A stretch of 55,643 bases of DNA, the filler included, from Jimgerdemannia flammicorona (taxonomy: Eukaryota): assembly GCA_003990765.1 (NCBI GenBank). It is 3 parts of 3 records of this genome, joined end to end, with 100 filler letters (N's around TTAATTAATTAA, not from the genome) between each part and the next. Parts side by side here need not be neighbours in the genome. Positions count along the whole stretch, not along the records: positions 37,165 to 55,643 come from RBNJ01002205.1; 2 more parts are not named here. One strand, 5' to 3'. The translations under genes and the position numbers were made by a program. This document shows, one piece after another, positions 48,619 through 55,643 of this stretch. The notes under the pieces are model-generated. The model did no database searches and was not told where the DNA came from. It saw only the letters and a list, made by a program, of their open reading frames with translations. Each line of letters begins with the position of its first letter. The stretch's first letter is position 1.

Positions 48619-49568
48619 TAGTTTACAATCCAATTCTACTTCAAGATGCTTCCTCACCCTGCTACAAACCCCTCTGAGAATTCCTACAAGTTGGTATAAA
48701 GCCCAACCTCTGAACTGGAATTTATCCTGAACTATCTGACAATCTGGAGAGAATTGAACCTGACATACAAGGACAATTTGACCTCCACACCTGCAACAAG
48801 TGGGATAAACTTCATTCAAAGAAAGAAATACTCCAGTTAAATCAGCAAATAGGTGAAACCCTATTCACCGAACTTCTTGTACTACACCCAGCAAGTCAAG
48901 ATGAAGAAGGTCTTATTGAAGCCTTCTTTACTCTTCTCAACAAGAGTTTTGTCAGCTCTACAAATCCGAGCGACCTAGGACAACCAGCAGCAGTCTTTCT
49001 AGCCTTAGTTCCTCACGAAGCCCAAGCCTCTGTAGCCAAGTGGCTCAACTCTACCGACTTTCACCGCACCAGGACCAAGACCGCATTATACTACTGATTC
49101 CAGAACAGCAAGGCCTGCCATATTCTTAAGGAAGAAGCAAGAGAAACCCTTCATCAACTACCTGACCCCAAACCTGAAGCAGGCCCTGCTACAGCCCTAC
49201 CTGAATCTGAAACCAATACCGAACCTGAACTTGACTTTGAATTAAGTCTGTCTGAAATCAGATATACAACTGATTCTGTCTACTTTGATGCCGAGCAAAC
49301 CCAATTACATGGGGACCAAACCGAAGAAGAGGAGGAGTATCTTACTGAATTTGATCCCGGATACACCACCGAAGGAGACGCACCTCCATCAGGACAGAAT
49401 ACATCTACACAGCAACAAACAGCTATCTATCAAGCCCTCACTCCAGATCCACAACTACTACTCCAGCAGCTTATACAGACCCAAAGAACTCCATCACACT
49501 CTGCACCAGTACCTCAAGTAGTACCAGTAACACCACTACCAGCAGTCCAACTGCCTCCAGTAAACAAC

Positions 49569-52500
49569 ATGGCGAACCAACAGATTCTAGACCTCACAGC
49601 CCAAGTAGCTATAATGGCAGCAACCATTACTGCCTTAGCTGAACAGACCCGACCTACCAAAAATCTGAGCCTACCTACCTTTAATGGTACTGCACAAGAA
49701 GTCCAAAGCTTCATTAGTGTAGTTGACACCAACTTTGAAGCCAATCAATGGACCAATGAGCGAGTTGCTGACTGCGTTCTGATAAACAATCAAGACCACA
49801 CCCTGGAACAACTCTTTGCTACAACTACAGCCTATGTCTGCCGAGTTGTTACATTCTTCCAAGGACCCGCCGAAGAATGGTGGCGAACCCTTCCTGAAAA
49901 ACCCCTCACATGGGATACCCGACCTGCAGTAGTTGCTCAGAATGCAGCAAACAATACCCCAGGATATGGAGCCCATCCTGCAGCCCCTGGACTCAAACAA
50001 CTCATGATTGCTCAATATTGCAGTGAGACCATGATTGCCGAATCCTGAGTAAAACTCTGCAACCTCAAATTCGATGTACATGGCAAAGAAGAATTTGAAA
50101 CCTTCTGTACAAAACTCGAGTCACTCTTGAATACTGTTGGCCTAGGATACATTGCCAATGACAAAGCACGAAATGGTACAAGAGCAGACCATTTATTTGA
50201 TGCCCTGCCTGAATGGCTTACTAGAAAAATCCGAGAACAAGGCTGCCCAGTTGGTTGTGATCACCAACAATGGTGCCTGGCAAGAATCAAGACCATGGTC
50301 AAGTGAATTCTAACAGCTGGACCAATTCTGCCTCGAAGACAATTCAACAACAAGGAAAAGACTTGGACCAAGAAAGAAGAACCCAAGCATAAAGCATCTT
50401 GAGCTCCCTCTACATCCATCTCTTGGACACCCAGAAATCATGAACCCACCCAGCCAAGTACCTTCAAGAAACTTACTGAAGGCGAAAGGAATGAACTTCA
50501 AAGAAGCAGAGCATGCTTCTATTGCCAAAAGACAGGACATATGGCCAGTGCCTGCCCAAACCGAAAACCTCGAACAGCAACATGAGCAACTGTTACAGCT
50601 CTGCACCACCTCAACAACCTGACCACCAGAACACTAGACTTTGTCAAGTTAAGACAAACTGCTAAGGCCCCAACCAAAGGAAGTCAAAAAGCAGCCGGAT
50701 ATGACCTGTATGCAGCCGAAGAAGCTACAGTTTCCAACTGAGAAGTCAAACAAGTCTATACAGGAATCAGTATCCAAATCCCTAAAGGACATGTTGGAAG
50801 AATATGCTGTCACAGTAGCCTAGCATTAAAAAGACTCTCAGTAGAAGGAGGAGTCATTGATGAGGATTACACAGGCGAAATCATTGTCCTCATCCGAAAC
50901 CACAGTTGGATACCCTTCAAGATCCCTATTGGCTTCTGCATCGCCCAGATCCTATTCAAAAAAATCGAGTCAACCCTGACAGTCAAGGAAGTCCCTGAAC
51001 TACTACCCACCATCTGAGGATCCAAAGGATTTGGCTCATCAAACAAAGTCCCAGCCCAACCTACCATAAGTAAAGAAGAACAATTCTACAAGAAGATCGA
51101 AGATGGATATGTACCAAGTGGCTGATGCCCTCATGGTATTGGAATGTACTCTTCCCAAATGATTGATGATTGCTTCTCTTGTGTCAACAAACTGGCTCAA
51201 AGAAGAACCAACAGAAGAAAGGCTCCTACAACTGAAATTACCACCATTGGATCAGACAAACTGCTCACCCTTAAGGCTTTTGTCAACAGAGCACCTGTCA
51301 AGATTATAATAGACAGTGGTGCCTCAGGCAACTTCATCAATGAGGAAATAGCCAACAGACTCAAGGTCTTTACCTCTCCAGTACAGCAAACTCAAGCAGT
51401 TGCTACAGCTGATGGAACCTCACATGTTATTAGCAAAGAAGTCTGCAATCTACCCTTCCGAATTGGCGACTACCGAGTACATGTTACCCTCCAAATCGTA
51501 CCACTTCCTGACAATGAAATTATCCTTGGGACTCCATGGTTAAAACAAGAGAACCCCATGATCGATTGGGTAAACCATTCTCTAACCATCAAGAAAGGAC
51601 GCCACAACTTCAAACTACAAGGTGAAAAGGACCCACTCAACTCTAGTGACCCTGGACCGAAGATCACCCACATCAACAAGCTACAACTCAAGAAATTGGC
51701 CAAGAAATGCCCTCTCTTCGCCATCTCCATCCGACCATCCAAAGGAGAACCCGAGAACTCTGAAGAAGATTTTTCCAAAGTTGACAGCCATGTCAGACCA
51801 CTACTCCAGAAATTCTGAGACATATTCCCAAAGAAACTCCCGAAAGGCCTACCTCCCAAATGAGCAGTAGACCATGCTATCAAGACTATTCTAGATGCCA
51901 AACCAGCTTTCAAGTCAATCTACCACATGTCTCTGAGAGAAATTGATGCACTCAAGAAGGAAATCGATGAACTCCTAGAACAAGGATTCATTAGACCTAG
52001 TGTATCACCCTACGGTGCACCAGTCCTCTTTGTTGTAAAGAAAGGAGGAGACCTACGAATGTGCATTGACTACCGCAACCTCAATGAACAGACCATCAAG
52101 AACTGTTGCCCACTACCGAGGATTGATGAAATATTTGATAGACTTACCAACCCACAATTCATGAGCTCTTTTGATCTGCGAAATGGTTACTGGCAAATTG
52201 CCATGAAAGAAGAAGACATCTACAAGACAGCTTTCCGAACTCGCTATGGACACTTCGAGTTCCTGGTTATGCCCTTTGGCTTAACTAATGCTCCGGCAAC
52301 CTTCCAGACACTGATGAATACCATTCTGCATCCATATCTGGACAGATTTGTTGTTGTCTACATTGACAACATCCTAGTCTTCAGCAAAACCCTGAAGGAT
52401 CATCTTGAACACCTTGAACTAGTACTACTGAAACTCCAAGAAAACAGACTCTTTGCAAAACTCAGCAAGTGCGAATTTCTTCTGAAAGAAATCCAATTCC

Positions 52501-54701
52501 TTGGACACATTGTCACTCCGAATGGAATCAAAGTGGACCCCAGCAAAATCTCTGCAATCAAAGATTGGCCCAGACCAAAGAAGCTGAAAGACCTCCAGTC
52601 ATTCCTGGGATTAGCAAACTATTACAGGCAATTCATTGCCAACTTTGCCAAAATCACTACTGCCCTTACCCAAATGACCAAGCACAGCAAGAAACAAGAA
52701 CAACCGTGGACTATGAAACAAGAGAAAGACTTCAACAATCTTGTAACATGGGGACCCGAACAAGATACTGCCTTCCAAGCGCTGAAAGATGCCCTGATAA
52801 CCACACCAGTACTCCAAGCAACAAACTCTGCCCTACCATATGAAGTCACTACCGATGCCTCTGACCTAGCTCTTGGAGCAGTGCTCATGCAAGAAGGACA
52901 CCCTGTGGCCTATCACTCCCGCAAGTTCAACGATGCCGAAATCAACTATGCCACTCACGAGAAGGAAATGCTAGCCATTGTAGACACTCTGATCAAATGG
53001 CGACCATATCTAGAAGGAGCACACTTTACTGTATTGACTGACCACAAGTCATTAGTCAACATCAAGACCCAGGCTACCCTTTCTCGAAAGCAAGCCAGAT
53101 GGATGAAAGTTCTCACCAATTTTGACTATGAAATCCAGTACCACCCTGGCAAAGAAAACATTGTTGCCAATGCAATCTCCAGACCACCAATCGAAGAGGT
53201 TATCTAAACCCTGACCTTGGTTACCAATACTATCATGGAACAAATCATCGCAGTATGTGTAGATGATAAAGAAGCTCAAGCACTCCGAGAAATCCTGAAC
53301 AACGATGATGCTGACAAGCATACCCGGTACAATCAATACCAACTCAAGGACAATGCTATCTACTACAAGGACAGACTGTATGTCCCAAACAACCGAGACC
53401 TCCGAAGGACTATCCTATTCGAATGTCATGATGCCCCTACAGCTGGACATTTAGGATTTGATAAATGTTACAAAGTTATCTCCCGAAACTTCTATTGGCC
53501 CCGCATGGCAGATCAGCTCAAAACCTATATCACTTTCTGTGATGCCTGCCAACGAAACAAGTCCTCAACACTAGCAAAACCCAGCTTACTCCACCCTATC
53601 CCAGTACCATCTGCAAATTGGGAACAAATCTCCATGGACTTCATTGTACAACTACCCCGAACCAAGAATGGAAAAGATGCAATTGTTGTCTTTGTGGACT
53701 ATCTTAGCAAACAAGCCCACTTTCTGCCTACCACCACTACTGCAACAGCACCAGACATAGCCACACTCTTATTTGATAACATCTTCCACTATCATGGTCT
53801 TCCCAAGATCATTGTTAGTGACCGAGATCCGAAATTCACCAGCCACTTTTGGAAAGCCCTCCATGCACACCTTGGAACGAAACTTGCACTATCCACAGCC
53901 TTTCACCCTGAAACTGATGGCCAAACCGAAAGAATGAACCGAACTCTGGAACAAATGCTAAGGAACTATGTTTCCTATAGACAAGATGATTGGCATGAAC
54001 ACCTTACCACAGTTGAGTTTGCCTACAACAACAGCAAGCAAGCCTCTCTTGGAATGACTCCATTCTTCGCCAACACTGGACAAAACCCAGACACCTCTTT
54101 GACACTTATCCGAACCACCGAAGAACCCTCCACAGTCGAAGCTGTTGAAGAATTCCTGCTACGAATGCGAAATCTAAGCCAGATTGCAATCGAGAATTTA
54201 TCACGAGCCCAAGAACAACAGTCACAGTATATTAATCAACACCGCCGAGAAGAAACCTTTGATATCAGAGAAAAAGTTCTACTAGACATCAGAGGATACC
54301 GAGTTGACAACCTCAAGCACAGACCATCTACAAAGCTGAACAGTAAGTTCATTGGACCATTTGAAGTCATCGCACAAGTCTCTCCAACCTCCTACAAACT
54401 GGCGCTACCGGACACCATTAAGATTCACCCAGTCTTTATTGTTCAACGTCTCAAGCGATACAATGACAATGATGACAAACTATTTCCAAATCGAACCACC
54501 AAACCATCTGCACCTGTCATCATTAATGACTAAGAAGAATATGAAGTTGAACAAATCCTCAACAAACGTGGAAACAAGAACCATCCCGAGTACCTTGTCA
54601 AATGGAAAGGATACCCAATCCATGATGCAATATGGGAACCCAAGACCAATCTCCAGAATGCTACCGACCTAGTTCAGGAATATGATTCCTTGAACAACTA
54701 G
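49569..54701 (+). pseudogene. gag-pol: Element B gag-dUTPase-pol, with scattered premature stops (mostly TGA)
   Basis: LPTFNG capsid; CFYCQKTGHMASAC (~50514); IIDSGAS PR; RT/RH 51927-53207 (YIDN variant); IN 53217-54533; chromodomain YEVEQIL...YLVKWKGYPIHDAIWEP. Confidence 0.96.
50630..51043 (+). pseudogene. dut: dUTPase domain of element B
   Basis: AAGYDLY, SSLA, GGVIDEDYTGEI, IAQ, GSKGFGSS: all five trimeric dUTPase motif positions, some degenerate. Confidence 0.92.
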
Positions 54702-55112
54702 AACCAAATACTCTGCACCGATCTGTACATACTATATATTATCCTCCCGAACATTATAACTATCACGAACCACATCAGAAACTCAGCAAAACAAGACAAG
54801 AATACCAACCCTCTGGAAAAATAGCAAAACTGAAAGCAAGCCTATTCTCCCCGTACCACTGGCAGGAAACGAGGCATAGACATTTAAGAAGATTCCTTAG
54901 AGGAAATTCTCCAGCAGTGAATGATGTCAGAATCACTTCCGGCGCATGGCATTGAACACACGACCCTTTAACGTGTGAATCCAACGCATTAGGCAACTGT
55001 ACTACGAGCATGCCACTTTCTGAGAAAATGGACCTTACCGGACTTTTGACCTCCCAAATGTTGTAACAACACTGGAACAAATTAGAAGGCCCCGACGAGG
55101 ACGTCGAAAGCT

Positions 55113-55125
55113 AAGAAGGGGAGAG
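55113..55125 (+). other. Polypurine tract of B
   Basis: AAGAAGGGGAGAG immediately before the 3' LTR. Confidence 0.9.
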
Positions 55126-55126
55126 T

Positions 55127-55643
55127 TGTAAGCGCACAACCTCCAAGCCACCGAAATTATACGTCACCTTCTGAACAAGCCACTGAAATCACATGTGACC
55201 TCCGAACAAATCTGGAAATCACCTGCTTGATCACAAAGCTGAGTCAAACCGAAGTCACAGCGCACAAAGCTGAGTCAATACGAAGTCACGGAACACAAGA
55301 TCTACACAAACGGAACCTTACCAATCAGGACCAAATGCATATATACTGAGCACCGAGATGCGTCAAGTCAGAGAACCAAAACAAACAACAACCACAACTT
55401 CCAAACACACAAACATGACCACTGAGATCTACAACCGCATCCGCGCTGACATTTGGAATGCCATTGTCAACCGAGCTACACCCCCTCTGCCCCTCATGAA
55501 TATCCATAGCCTGGCCCCCCTCTACTTTGTGGAAGCCTGATGGAATGCCCTGAACATGCTTAGCGAGGCCCACCGAATTGGACAAATCTCAAGCTACTAC
55601 CAGATCGGCCGCCTCCTGGAAGACATGGTCGAACACCACCATG
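55127..55643 (+). repeat. 3' LTR of B (partial)
   Basis: Matches 46570 onward; has ~28 bp extra before the ORF ATG and a CGA>TGA stop at 55538-40. Confidence 0.95.

Larger units (their letters stand above)
46570..55643 (+). mobile_element. Young near-complete Ty3/Gypsy chromovirus, family B; 3' LTR truncated by the window
   Basis: 5' LTR, PBS, gag-dUT-PR-RT-RH-IN-CHD, PPT, 3' LTR from 55127. Confidence 0.97.

Noticed and set aside
54702..55126. Further accessory ORF between the chromodomain and PPT of B
   Set aside because: Needs many stop corrections and a frameshift; any stop can trivially be derived by C>T

Overview
Eukaryotic, almost certainly fungal, scaffold (Zn2Cys6 and fungal TF domains, chromoviral LTR elements) with two 100-bp assembly gaps. 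Left block (1-18483): a full-length Ty3/Gypsy chromovirus (family A, 1803-10989, TSD TCAAT) is nested in the RT of another family-A copy, which itself sits in the endonuclease gene of an L1/Tx1-like LINE. Middle block (18.6-37 kb): CpG-rich host DNA with two intact and two decayed F-box/LRR genes, a stand-alone WWE-like ORF, a frameshifted repeat-peptide gene, a small zinc-cluster protein and a Zn2Cys6 TF locus broken by a 368-bp micro-inversion. Right block (37.2-55.6 kb): a nested stack of a DIRS/Ngaro-type RT relic, a hypermutated Gypsy (family C), a hAT-like MITE, solo LTRs, a polyadenylated retrocopy and a young near-complete Gypsy (family B, 2037-bp LTR). The main finding is that families A, B and C form a 'complex' chromovirus lineage. 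They have a dUTPase between NC and protease and a conserved Cys/His linker. A and B also have a ~300-codon Met-free in-frame extension upstream of Gag, and an unknown accessory ORF that lies before the PPT behind its own TATA box in A but inside U3 of the LTR in B. A related LTR carries different U3 cargo. All homology calls are by-eye motif recognition; no searches were run.
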